Shown here one piece after another: positions 1-8,989 of a DNA stretch of 64,000 bases. Source of the stretch: a virus; the IMG/VR virus record IMGVR_UViG_3300028392_000034, positions 32,001 to 96,000 of that record; one strand, written 5' to 3'. The translations under genes were made by a program, and so were the position numbers. The notes below the pieces were generated by a model. It saw only the letters and a program-made list of their open reading frames with translations, was not told where the DNA came from and did no database searches. Position 1 is the stretch's first letter. Every line of letters starts with the position of its first letter.

Positions 1-330
1 TCTTCCGGACTTGGATTAGCTGATGTAGAAAAAATGCCAGACATGAGTCAGAGTTTAGATCAAGCCTTGTCCAACGTTGTTACAACTCAACAAGACCCTA
101 AAAACAATCAATTGGCAGTGGAAAAATATTTGATTCTGGTTGGTCAAGCCATGCAAAAATTGTCTGCCGAACAGCGAGCAAAAACACGACAACAAGGCGG
201 CGGAAACAGAGTTTCTTCTCTTATTCCATTATCAAGAGTGTTGAATCCTGATCAAATTGAAACTCTTAAAACTATGGCCAAAGATCCAGCTGCTGCAAAC
301 GAAATTAAAATAGCATTGGGATTAAGATGA
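1..330 (+). CDS. Hypothetical phage protein, 5'-truncated by the window edge
   Basis: The frame is open from base 1 through the ATG at 34. The stop overlaps the next start (ATGA). Confidence 0.6.
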   Translation, partial: SSGLGLADVEKMPDMSQSLDQALSNVVTTQQDPKNNQLAVEKYLILVGQAMQKLSAEQRAKTRQQGGGNRVSSLIPLSRVLNPDQIETLKTMAKDPAAANEIKIALGLR

Positions 331-2252
331 TACAATCTTTACAAGAAGGCGGCAATGTATTCAAGAACGCCAAAGGGCAGGCAGTAACACAGCGCATCAA
401 TCAAACGGATGTTCGGCCTACTCTGGCCTGGTTGGAAGAGCTTCTGCCTGGTCTAGATTTACAAAGCAATACACTGGGATCCACCGGTATCAAAGATACG
501 TCGGGCGATTTAGACATTGCTGTAGATGCCAATACCGTTACCAAAGAACAACTAGAAGCCAGACTCAAGCAGTGGGCTGCCAGCCACGGATTTAAACCCG
601 AAGACTATGTTAAAAAGTCCGGAACAGCGGTACATTTTCTTACACCCATCGTTGGAAATCCTGCTAATGGCTATGTTCAAACAGATTTTATGTTGTTGAA
701 GAATGTACCTTGGTCAAAATTTGTGTTGGGTGCAATGCCAGCTGATAGCAAATACAAAGGACGTGAACGTAATGTGTTAATGAACAGCTTGGCAAAAAGC
801 ATGGGCTATAAATTAAATCAAATTGGCGGTATTGCTGATCGCAACACCAACGAAATTATTTCAGACGATCCAGATCAAGTGGCCAAAATGTTGTTGAACA
901 AATCAGCCACACGTCAAGATTTAGCGTCGGTAGAAAACATATTACAAGCTCTCAGCACAGATCCTCAACGTGAAGCCAAACTAGCTGACTTCCGTCAGCA
1001 CATGGAACGTGAAGGTTTACCATTTTTAGAAAGTGCTGAATTTTACAAGCCAGTTTCGGATGTTCACTTTCTAGCACGTCTGCGTGACCGTATTGTAAAC
1101 CAAGGTATGCAGGTCATTGTGGAAGCCGAAGTGCAAGGCGGCCGCGCCAAAGGTATTGAGCATTTGGAAGACTATGTGTTCCGTAACGGCAGTGACGGTA
1201 TTAAAAAAGCCATGGACATTGTAAAACACACAGCCGCTGACACAGGTAAAACTACCACAGTCAAATGGGACGGTAAGCCAGCATTGATATTTGGTCGTGA
1301 TGCCAACGGAACATTTATTCTAACTGATGTTTCTGGATTCACAGCCAAAGGCTATAACGGCTTGTTTACAAGTCCTCGACAAGTTACACAACATTTAGCC
1401 GCCAGAGACGCTGATGCTGCGGCGTTGGGCAAACCTGCTACTCGTGTGCAGGATCTTGCACCAATTTATAACAAACTGTGGGGTATGTTAGATGCCGCAG
1501 TACCACCAAACTATCGAGGATTTGTGCAAGGCGACCTGTTGTATATGGATACCCCTCCATTGGAAGCCGGCAACTATGTGTTTACACCCAACACCATAGA
1601 ATACAAAATTCCAGCCAACAGTGATGTGGGCAAGCGCATTGGCGCCAGCGAAGTTGGCATTGCCATGCACACTAGATATGCCGAACCAGGTGCCGCCAAA
1701 GAACCCATTGGTACAGTTAAATTTAAACCAGTTTCTGGATTACTTTTATTAGAGCCAGTGTATGCCAAAGAAAATGTCAAACCCGATCGAGAATTAACGC
1801 AACAGCTGAGAACAGTTTACAGTAGTCAAGGAGCTGCAATTGACCAACTGTTTAATCCTGCTGAACTTCGTGCGCTACAGATCACTGACTTGCCCAAGTT
1901 ATGTATAGACTATATCAACAGTCGTGTGGGTGTTGGATTTGATAACTTAGTAGCTGATTTTGGCCCTTGGTTACAACAACGTGTTACACCTAAAAAGTTT
2001 CGAAATATTGTAGAATACTTACAAAGTCCACGTAGCAACCTGTCGGGTATGGCCGCGGCATTCACGGCTTGGGGACTACTACACGATATCAAAATGGATG
2101 TGCTACAACAATTGGATCTACAGCATCCAGGGCAAGAAGGTTGGGTTATGGCCACTCCGGCTGGTATGGCCAAGGCTGTGAATCGTCTCGCCGGTGGATT
2201 CACCGCGGCAAATCGTCAAATAAACAACCCAGAATCTGTGCCTAACTCCTAA
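327..2252 (+). CDS. Two-domain protein: N-terminal Pol-beta-like nucleotidyltransferase fused to a C-terminal KxDG ligase-like (DUF6267-type) domain
   Basis: N-terminal LGSTG-x5-GDLDIAVD (GS...DxD) motif; C-terminal IEHLED...TVKWDGKPALIFG...QGDLLY...FTPNTIEY...EGWV motifs. Confidence 0.55.
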   Translation: MIQSLQEGGNVFKNAKGQAVTQRINQTDVRPTLAWLEELLPGLDLQSNTLGSTGIKDTSGDLDIAVDANTVTKEQLEARLKQWAASHGFKPEDYVKKSGTAVHFLTPIVGNPANGYVQTDFMLLKNVPWSKFVLGAMPADSKYKGRERNVLMNSLAKSMGYKLNQIGGIADRNTNEIISDDPDQVAKMLLNKSATRQDLASVENILQALSTDPQREAKLADFRQHMEREGLPFLESAEFYKPVSDVHFLARLRDRIVNQGMQVIVEAEVQGGRAKGIEHLEDYVFRNGSDGIKKAMDIVKHTAADTGKTTTVKWDGKPALIFGRDANGTFILTDVSGFTAKGYNGLFTSPRQVTQHLAARDADAAALGKPATRVQDLAPIYNKLWGMLDAAVPPNYRGFVQGDLLYMDTPPLEAGNYVFTPNTIEYKIPANSDVGKRIGASEVGIAMHTRYAEPGAAKEPIGTVKFKPVSGLLLLEPVYAKENVKPDRELTQQLRTVYSSQGAAIDQLFNPAELRALQITDLPKLCIDYINSRVGVGFDNLVADFGPWLQQRVTPKKFRNIVEYLQSPRSNLSGMAAAFTAWGLLHDIKMDVLQQLDLQHPGQEGWVMATPAGMAKAVNRLAGGFTAANRQINNPESVPNS

Positions 2253-2265
2253 TTTTTGCCAAAAG

Positions 2266-2274
2266 GTATAAATA
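2266..2274 (+). promoter_or_regulatory. T4-like late promoter TATAAATA
   Basis: GTATAAATA upstream of a probable structural gene that has an AAGGAG RBS. Confidence 0.6.
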
Positions 2275-2315
2275 AAAGTAGGCCCACAGTGGCCATATAC
2301 TAAGGAGATTTAAAA

Positions 2316-2717
2316 ATGGCTTATATTACTAAAGTTTCTGGTGGTTCACAACCAGTATTTGCAACTGACGTATTGAATGGTAACGTTGCTCCAACAGCAG
2401 CAATGAACGTTCAAGGTCCAATTCAAGTAGCAGGTCCAAAGTTAGACTTTTTCAGCGTAACAGCTAACGGTAACGTGTCGCTTCAAGGCGCTGTTAATGG
2501 TTATGTTGCTAACGTGTTGCAAGCAGTTCAACAAACAGCTACAGTTTCTATGTACCAAGTGGCTGCTAACGGCACCACAATCAGTTTTGGTGTTTACCCA
2601 GCTGGTGCATACACTAGTGCTACATTTGTTGCCGCTGTTCAAACAGCCAATACAACAACCATTGGTGTTCCAACAGGAAACGTTTCTACTACAGCTTCGT
2701 TTACAAACCTTGCATAA
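2316..2717 (+). CDS. Probable highly expressed virion structural protein (Ala/Thr/Val/Gly-rich)
   Basis: Late promoter, strong RBS, own terminator and structural-type composition. Confidence 0.5.
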   Translation: MAYITKVSGGSQPVFATDVLNGNVAPTAAMNVQGPIQVAGPKLDFFSVTANGNVSLQGAVNGYVANVLQAVQQTATVSMYQVAANGTTISFGVYPAGAYTSATFVAAVQTANTTTIGVPTGNVSTTASFTNLA

Positions 2718-2739
2718 TTAAGTTTTTGCATAAAACATC

Positions 2740-2762
2740 AAACCTGCTGAGGCAGGTTTTTT
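2740..2762 (+). terminator. Rho-independent terminator
   Basis: AAACCTGC-TGAG-GCAGGTTTTTT. Confidence 0.8.
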
Positions 2763-2862
2763 GTTGACTGAATTTTACAGGTATAAGTAATTGTGCTCGT
2801 GTAGCAATCTTGTCCTGCATAGGGCGGGACCGGAACGACACACACATACACAGGAGAAAAAC

Positions 2863-3090
2863 ATGAGCAAAACACCTTACGAGATTCGTCTCGAACTTTT
2901 ACATCTGGCCAAGGAAATACTTCAAACGCCAGTGCATGACAAGCGCAGTAGCCTAAGCGATGAATATCATTCCAAGCTGAATGATGCTAATCGTGGAACT
3001 CTTCCGTATCCAACCATGCCTGATTTTCCAAGTACCACAGACATTGTGGTCAAGGCTGAAGAACTCAAAAAGTTTGTAGACGCAGCGTAA
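2863..3090 (+). CDS. Small conserved-looking phage protein (MSKTPYEIRLELL...)
   Basis: AGGAG RBS before ATG 2863, so the longer start at 2791 is unlikely. Confidence 0.7.
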   Translation: MSKTPYEIRLELLHLAKEILQTPVHDKRSSLSDEYHSKLNDANRGTLPYPTMPDFPSTTDIVVKAEELKKFVDAA

Positions 3091-3093
3091 TTG

Positions 3094-3117
3094 AAAAGCA
3101 CCTTCGGGTGCTTTTTT
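3094..3117 (+). terminator. Rho-independent terminator with cUUCGg loop
   Basis: AAAAGCACC-TTCG-GGTGCTTTTTT. Confidence 0.85.
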
Positions 3118-3163
3118 GTTGACTTTAATATGGGTCTTGCAACAACGACTTAAATACTAGATC

Positions 3164-3418
3164 ATGATGGTCAGCAAAATAACAGAATTAACAGTGTTTG
3201 AAAGTCCAGATGGCGGGCGAACAGTATATGCTCGCAGCCCTGGCGCAACCAAACGAGAACTACATTGGCAAGATCCTAAACTACAACAAGAACTCAAAGA
3301 CTTAGAAAAATCAAAACGTTGGGTTGAAATTTTTCAAGCTCGCCGCGATGACCCAGAACTTGATCACTTGTGTGAACAAGTAGAAATACTCTATGAACTA
3401 AGCAGGCGCCCTGAATGA
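3164..3418 (+). CDS. Hypothetical phage protein (FESPDGG motif)
   Basis: ORF follows a TAAATA box at 3151-3156 and is coupled to the next gene. Confidence 0.65.
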   Translation: MMVSKITELTVFESPDGGRTVYARSPGATKRELHWQDPKLQQELKDLEKSKRWVEIFQARRDDPELDHLCEQVEILYELSRRPE

Positions 3419-3843
3419 AATTTGCCTGCCAAACCCTGTTTGATATTACAGCCACCGGAGTAACCGGTCACTGTAAACAAAGCCGAATGCCATTTCATGA
3501 CCATGCTGGACAACTAATACACGATTCTGAATCTTGGAATCGCAGTCGCAACCAACAACGCAATTGGGAAACAATTACACAAATTTTAAGTCTACGTACC
3601 CAGTTGTTTGCGTTGACTGATCCTATACCAGATCAAACAGGCACACGTTGGATGTTTGAATTTGAAACAGAATCCGCCGGCATTTACGGCCCAGAATCAG
3701 ACCCTGTATCAGTGCTACGTGCTGATGCAGCGGGTGTGCCTATGTTGCGTGAGCTTGATAACGACCCAGACATTGACACTGCATTGATCACTGAAGGGGA
3801 CAGACAGAATATTTGGTTTGCACCCATTTCCATAAATACTTGA
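3415..3843 (+). CDS. Hypothetical phage protein
   Basis: ORF track; ATGA overlap. Confidence 0.65.
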   Translation: MKFACQTLFDITATGVTGHCKQSRMPFHDHAGQLIHDSESWNRSRNQQRNWETITQILSLRTQLFALTDPIPDQTGTRWMFEFETESAGIYGPESDPVSVLRADAAGVPMLRELDNDPDIDTALITEGDRQNIWFAPISINT

Positions 3844-3855
3844 TGGAGATTAATC

Positions 3856-4119
3856 ATGGTTGAGCCAACTGATATTGAAAAGAAAAGCCTGGAAGCACAC
3901 GTAGAACTATGTGCCGAACGCTACAATGCATTAGAAGACAAAATGACTGCCATGAGTGTTAGCATTGCACATCTGTGCGATATGGTTGCAGAAGTTAAAG
4001 ACAATGTAAGCCAAATGAACAATCAACGAAATACTCAACTGATCAATTGGGCAGTGGGTTCTATTGGAGTATTGACAGCAGCATTGGGCTACATGATCTC
4101 TCACTACATCATTAAATGA
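3856..4119 (+). CDS. Small coiled-coil protein with a C-terminal transmembrane helix (holin/XhlA-like topology)
   Basis: GGAG RBS; heptad-like N-terminus; hydrophobic WAVGSIGVLTAALGYMI. Confidence 0.5.
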   Translation: MVEPTDIEKKSLEAHVELCAERYNALEDKMTAMSVSIAHLCDMVAEVKDNVSQMNNQRNTQLINWAVGSIGVLTAALGYMISHYIIK

Positions 4120-4610
4120 AACCAGACCAAGAATTTGAACGCATGTTCCGCCAGGAATTTAAAAATGTTGCACCCAATTTGATCTGGGTCAGTGATGATG
4201 GATACGAAGTATTTGGGCACTATCGAATACAGCCTGTATCACCAGGTTATCAAGTTGTTTGTGGCATTACAGAAGTGGGCACGTTCAGCAGCACACGCAC
4301 AGCACTCAGCTGGTGCATAGCCGATAAAAATCATGGTTATAACACAGCCCGAGAAATACTAAGAACCGATAATAAATTAACAGCACTTAAAAACGACATT
4401 AATACCAGAGCAGCAATTGGTGATCGTAGCCGAGATCCTAATTTACGAGAAATTATTCTAACCAAGCTGGAAAGCAAAATCATACAAAAGAAATTGCTGG
4501 AAAATCAGTTAAACAAATATGTAAACTGGGCTAAATATATACAATTAAGAGGATTCAATAATGAAACTGCAAGAACTGGCCGTAGCCAACCCAATACAAC
4601 AAGCCGCTAA
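4116..4610 (+). CDS. Hypothetical phage protein
   Basis: ORF track; operon overlap. Confidence 0.6.
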   Translation: MKPDQEFERMFRQEFKNVAPNLIWVSDDGYEVFGHYRIQPVSPGYQVVCGITEVGTFSSTRTALSWCIADKNHGYNTAREILRTDNKLTALKNDINTRAAIGDRSRDPNLREIILTKLESKIIQKKLLENQLNKYVNWAKYIQLRGFNNETARTGRSQPNTTSR

Positions 4611-5751
4611 GGTTTTTGAAAGCTATTTTGGCAACCGTGTTGATTTCAACACAGTATCAAAAGGCCAAGCACGAAACATGCTCAAGCGTGTGCGTGGCTT
4701 AATTGCTGAACATCGTCGCACTCCAGAATTTCACTACAGTGAGCGAAATCCATCATACTTGAAATTGGTCATGATGGAACAGGCTCTGGCCGCGGCCGCA
4801 ACTACTCCAGGCGCCGCTCCTGCTGCAAATCCTCAGGCACAAGCTGGAATGCAAGCCGCACAGATCCAGCAAAAGAAAAAGCAAATTCAAGATGCTATCA
4901 AAGCCAAGCAAGGCGAGATTGCTCAATTGCAAAAGCAAATGAATGATCCAACCATGATGGCCATGGCCGAAGCTCAACTTGATGAACTAAGTCCGGCAAC
5001 ATTGACTAGTTATGCCGGTAAGAGAGCAGGTCAAGGAACATGGGCAGGTGGTGTTGCTAAAGGATTAGCAGGACGTCCTGCTGAAAGAGATGGTTACGCA
5101 GATAGTCATTGGACTGACCCTAAAGTAAATTACGGCCCTGAAGGTGAAAAATATGCCAAGTTCAATCAAAAGGCTTTGGGCAATATAAAGAAAGCACATG
5201 CTAAAGGTGCAACTCCTAACAATCAATCTTACGATTGGGGAAAAGAAGGTGGCTACGGTGATGCAAGTAATCCTGTAACTAGAAAAAAGGGCGTAGCAGA
5301 AGGCAGTCGTGCTCGTCGTTTGCGTGAAGCCAGTGAAATTCAACAAGCTCAAGTTGTGTTGGCAAGCCAAGACATGGTAGACCAAGTTCAAAAGATGAGT
5401 GAGCAAGTGTCTGCTATGCAGTTTAAAGATTTGCCAGCCCTGTTGGATCAAATTAGAAATGAAGTCGGGGTCGATCAAGCTACACAATACAATGCTGATG
5501 CCAGTGCTGCATTGAGTGGCCTATTAGGAAACTTGCAAGGTGCTAAACAACAGTTGGAAGCCGCACTGGGTGTAATCACTGGACAAGCACCACAAGTTCC
5601 TGGTGCCGAAATAGGTGCCGCTCCAGACATGGGTGCTGACATGGGTGCTGAACTTCCTGCCCCGGGCGAAGAAGTTGCAGACTTAGATGCCGCTGGTGCA
5701 GACTTGGATGCTGCCGCACAAGCAGCCGGTTTAGGCCGTGAACGCAGATAA
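4561..5751 (+). CDS. Probable head-associated or internal protein (Ala/Gln-rich, several xxE protease-type sites)
   Basis: GAGGA RBS; motifs MKLQE, QLDE, GVAE, RLRE; acidic low-complexity C-terminus. Confidence 0.5.
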   Translation: MKLQELAVANPIQQAAKVFESYFGNRVDFNTVSKGQARNMLKRVRGLIAEHRRTPEFHYSERNPSYLKLVMMEQALAAAATTPGAAPAANPQAQAGMQAAQIQQKKKQIQDAIKAKQGEIAQLQKQMNDPTMMAMAEAQLDELSPATLTSYAGKRAGQGTWAGGVAKGLAGRPAERDGYADSHWTDPKVNYGPEGEKYAKFNQKALGNIKKAHAKGATPNNQSYDWGKEGGYGDASNPVTRKKGVAEGSRARRLREASEIQQAQVVLASQDMVDQVQKMSEQVSAMQFKDLPALLDQIRNEVGVDQATQYNADASAALSGLLGNLQGAKQQLEAALGVITGQAPQVPGAEIGAAPDMGADMGAELPAPGEEVADLDAAGADLDAAAQAAGLGRERR

Positions 5752-6086
5752 TGTTAATTCGAGAAGTTGCAGATCCCAACACACAACGACTGGCTGCATT
5801 AAGCCAGTTTTTGCTTGGACGGAGTGAAGATGAAGCCGCCGCAAAACAAATTAGTCAACAGGCTTTTATCGACGCTGCAAAAAGTTTAGGTGTTAATGTT
5901 ACTTCGGCCAACCTAGGCGATTTGATTAGTAAAGAACCTTTAAGCAATATATTAGAACCGCTTGAACCCAATTCGGGTGTGGTTCGTTTCAAAGGCAATA
6001 CCGAAGCCGAAACCGGTATGAGCGTGGACCAAGCTCGAGCCGTGGTAGACAGCAATGCCAAAGCGGCATTAAAACGTCGCCAGTAA
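5751..6086 (+). CDS. Hypothetical phage protein
   Basis: TAATG coupling; MLIRE N-terminus. Confidence 0.6.
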   Translation: MLIREVADPNTQRLAALSQFLLGRSEDEAAAKQISQQAFIDAAKSLGVNVTSANLGDLISKEPLSNILEPLEPNSGVVRFKGNTEAETGMSVDQARAVVDSNAKAALKRRQ

Positions 6087-6126
6087 ACACATTAGTCGTA
6101 AATATCTAACATCATCTGATTATTAG

Positions 6127-7044
6127 ATGATGCACTATACTATGAAAAAACACTTATTCTCCAAACTCGAGTTCTATATAACCAACGTTTGTAATTTGAC
6201 CTGCGAAGGTTGTAATCGATTCAACAACTACTCATTTGCTGGTTGGCAACGATGGAGTGACTACGAAGCCGACTATGCCAAATGGGCCGAACATGTAGAT
6301 GTTGATCGGATTGTAATACTAGGTGGAGAACCCCTGCTTAATCCAGATATACTTGATTGGGTATATGGAATCAATCGTATCTTTAAGAGAAATGTGCAGA
6401 TTTTGTCAAACGGCACACGTCTAAACAATGTAAAAGGACTTTACGAAGCACTACAGGCCAATGGCAACTGGATGGGTATCAGCTGGCACAATCCCAACAC
6501 CATTGATGAGTTTGAAACAGAGGTTTACAAGTTCCTTAAAGGTAATATTACAAAAATAGAAAAAAATGATCCTCGCAACGAATATGGTGCCGACGTAGCA
6601 TGGGTAGATGAAAATAAAGTTGTTATTCCTTTGTGGATACAATATGATTTTTATGACAGTGCAATTGGTCGTGATGCTACTGGTCGATTTACACTACACA
6701 ATAGTAGACCCGAAGTAGCACACAACAGTTGTGGATTTAGGCGCCATAAAAATTATCATATGATCAAAGGTAAACTGTATAAATGTGGCCCAGCTGCATT
6801 ATTTCCAGAGTTTGATCAACAACACGGATTTGATATTTCGGACGCGGATCGAGCCGTATTAAATTCTTACCGGCCATTATCTCCTTATGAGTATGCAGAA
6901 CGCGGACAAGAGTTTTTGGACACGATTGATGAGCAATTGACCATGTGTAAATTCTGCCCAGAAAGTCTGGACTATAAAAATAGATTATTTGCAGTTACCA
7001 AAAATCAAGCTCGAAAACAATACACCCTAGAACCAGTCGTATAA
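6127..7044 (+). CDS. Radical SAM protein
   Basis: CNLTCEGC (CxxxCxxC), GGEPLL, SNG, plus C-terminal Cys cluster (KC...CKFC). Confidence 0.85.
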   Translation: MMHYTMKKHLFSKLEFYITNVCNLTCEGCNRFNNYSFAGWQRWSDYEADYAKWAEHVDVDRIVILGGEPLLNPDILDWVYGINRIFKRNVQILSNGTRLNNVKGLYEALQANGNWMGISWHNPNTIDEFETEVYKFLKGNITKIEKNDPRNEYGADVAWVDENKVVIPLWIQYDFYDSAIGRDATGRFTLHNSRPEVAHNSCGFRRHKNYHMIKGKLYKCGPAALFPEFDQQHGFDISDADRAVLNSYRPLSPYEYAERGQEFLDTIDEQLTMCKFCPESLDYKNRLFAVTKNQARKQYTLEPVV

Positions 7045-7058
7045 TCCGTTCAAAAAGG

Positions 7059-7087
7059 TTGTAAATACAACAGTTACATGTTATAAT
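7059..7087 (+). promoter_or_regulatory. sigma70-type promoter of iscU
   Basis: TTGTAA-N17-TATAAT with TG extension. It overlaps the palindrome GTTGTA-AA-TACAAC and a TAAATA box. Confidence 0.55.
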
Positions 7088-7105
7088 ATAAAACAGGAGA
7101 AGTAA

Positions 7106-7483
7106 ATGGCATATTCAGAAAAAGTAATTGATCACTACGAAAATCCACGTAATGTAGGGTCGTTTGACAAAAGTGACGACTCGATTGGAACCGGTATGGT
7201 TGGAGCTCCTGCATGTGGCGACGTCATGAAACTTCAAATCAAAGTAAATACTGAAGGAGTAATAACTGATGCCAAATTTAAAACGTACGGGTGCGGATCA
7301 GCAATCGCCAGCTCAAGTCTTGTCACCGAGTGGGTTAAAGGAAAAACGCTTGACCAAGCAGGAACGATTAAAAATTCGGATATTGCTGGAGAACTTGCCT
7401 TACCACCGGTTAAAATACATTGTAGCATACTTGCAGAAGATGCTATAAAAGCCGCAATCGAAGACTACCGTAAAAAACACTGA
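7106..7483 (+). CDS. iscU: Fe-S cluster scaffold IscU
   Basis: MAYSEKVIDHYENPRNVG, GAPACGDVM, KTYGCGSAIASSS, LPPVKIHCS. Confidence 0.97.
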   Translation: MAYSEKVIDHYENPRNVGSFDKSDDSIGTGMVGAPACGDVMKLQIKVNTEGVITDAKFKTYGCGSAIASSSLVTEWVKGKTLDQAGTIKNSDIAGELALPPVKIHCSILAEDAIKAAIEDYRKKH

Positions 7484-7803
7484 TGATTTCAGTTACTGAC
7501 GTCGCCTCTAAAAAAATTGTATCTAACTTGACTCGACGTGGCCAAGGGGTAGGTATTCGACTTGGTGTTCGTACCACTGGTTGCTCAGGGCTTGCTTATG
7601 TATTAGAATATGTTGATACCATTAATGCAGAAGACATTGCAGTTGAACAAGATGGCTTTGTTGTAGTGATTGATCCTAAGAGTTCAGCATACTTAAATGG
7701 AGTCGAAGTAGACTATGTGCGCCAGGGTCTTAACGAAGGCTTTGAATTTAACAATCCTCTTGAACGAGACCGTTGTGGATGTGGAGAAAGTTTTAGGATT
7801 TGA
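7483..7803 (+). CDS. iscA: Fe-S cluster assembly A-type carrier IscA
   Basis: GCSGLAY and C-terminal CGCGESF; adjacent to iscU. Confidence 0.95.
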   Translation: MISVTDVASKKIVSNLTRRGQGVGIRLGVRTTGCSGLAYVLEYVDTINAEDIAVEQDGFVVVIDPKSSAYLNGVEVDYVRQGLNEGFEFNNPLERDRCGCGESFRI

Positions 7804-8246
7804 AAAGTAAATTTATCAAATATTTTATGGACATTGCTCAGCGCACTGCTGAACTTAGCCATGCTCGTCGATTACATGTTGGCGCTATTGTAGTAAAAAA
7901 TGATAGAATTATCAGTATCGGCTATAATGGCATGCCAGCAGATTGGGACAACAATTGTGAAGATGAAATTAAATGGCCCAATGGTGACATAAAATTTTTA
8001 ACAACCAAACCGGAGGTACTTCATGCTGAAACTAATGCAATCGCTAAGTTGGCAAGGTCGAATGAATCTGGCCTTGGCAGTGATATGTTTATTACTCATA
8101 GTCCTTGCTTGGATTGTGCCAAACTAATTTTTCAAAGTGGTATCAAGCGTGTTTTTTACAGAGAAAAATACAGGGATGATACTGGCACCCAGTTTCTTAA
8201 AAAATCAGGAATAGAAGTAAACCATGTTGACGATGAAAATGTATAA
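7800..8246 (+). CDS. dCMP deaminase
   Basis: VGAIVV, GYNG, HAETNAI, SPCLDCAK zinc motifs. Confidence 0.9.
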   Translation: MKSKFIKYFMDIAQRTAELSHARRLHVGAIVVKNDRIISIGYNGMPADWDNNCEDEIKWPNGDIKFLTTKPEVLHAETNAIAKLARSNESGLGSDMFITHSPCLDCAKLIFQSGIKRVFYREKYRDDTGTQFLKKSGIEVNHVDDENV

Positions 8247-8952
8247 CCCAAAATTTGATTACAAACCTCTGAGTCGTGTTACTGAAGATGGTCGACGTCT
8301 TTATGCTACACCAGATGGAAAACGATTGCCTAGTGTAACAACAGTTCTTGACCGGACTAAACCTGAAGAAAAAAAACAGGCGCTCAACGAATGGCGCAAA
8401 CGTGTTGGAGTAGAAAACGCACAAAAGATTACTACTGAAGCGGCTAACCGTGGCACACGTATGCACACCTACCTTGAAGACTATATCAAACAAGGTGAAT
8501 TAAAAGAACGTGGATCAAACCCATTTGGGTGGGCAAGTCACGCAATGGCACAGACTGTAATTGAAGACGGCCTTAAGAATGTCAACGAAATTTGGGGTGT
8601 AGAAATTCCCTTGTATTTTCCTAGTTTGTATGCCGGTACTACAGATGGCTGTGGGTTGCACTTAAACGAGGAAAGTATTTTAGATTACAAGCAAACAAAC
8701 AAACCCAAACGAGAAGAATGGATTGAGGATTACTATCTACAGTTAACAGCGTATGCCCTGGCACACAATGAAGTTTACGGAACTAATATACGCAAAGGTG
8801 TTGTGTTGATGTGTGTTAAACCCCCAGTAGACGATATGGGTAACCCACAGGCCCGCCCTGTTTACCAAGAATTTGTATTAAAACCTGAACGTTTTGACTA
8901 TTGGGCAGATCAATGGTGGCGCCGCTTAGAGCAGTATTACCTACTGGCCTAA
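8224..8952 (+). CDS. PD-(D/E)XK exonuclease (phage exonuclease / MGME1-like)
   Basis: LPSVTTVL, RGTRMH, YAGTTD, LDYKQ, YYLQLTAYA. Confidence 0.8.
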   Translation: MLTMKMYNPKFDYKPLSRVTEDGRRLYATPDGKRLPSVTTVLDRTKPEEKKQALNEWRKRVGVENAQKITTEAANRGTRMHTYLEDYIKQGELKERGSNPFGWASHAMAQTVIEDGLKNVNEIWGVEIPLYFPSLYAGTTDGCGLHLNEESILDYKQTNKPKREEWIEDYYLQLTAYALAHNEVYGTNIRKGVVLMCVKPPVDDMGNPQARPVYQEFVLKPERFDYWADQWWRRLEQYYLLA

Positions 8953-8989
8953 CCAGCTAAATACTGAATAGAATTCAAGGAAGACTAAA

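Noticed and set aside
2758-3124. TTGACT directly after terminator U-tracts (2764, 3119) read as -35 boxes
   Set aside because: There is no convincing -10 hexamer at 16-18 bp spacing. The nearby TAA(A/G)TA boxes explain transcription better.
8224-8952. Cas4 of a CRISPR system
   Set aside because: It lacks the four-Cys Fe-S cluster pattern and has no cas neighbours. It fits a standalone phage exonuclease.
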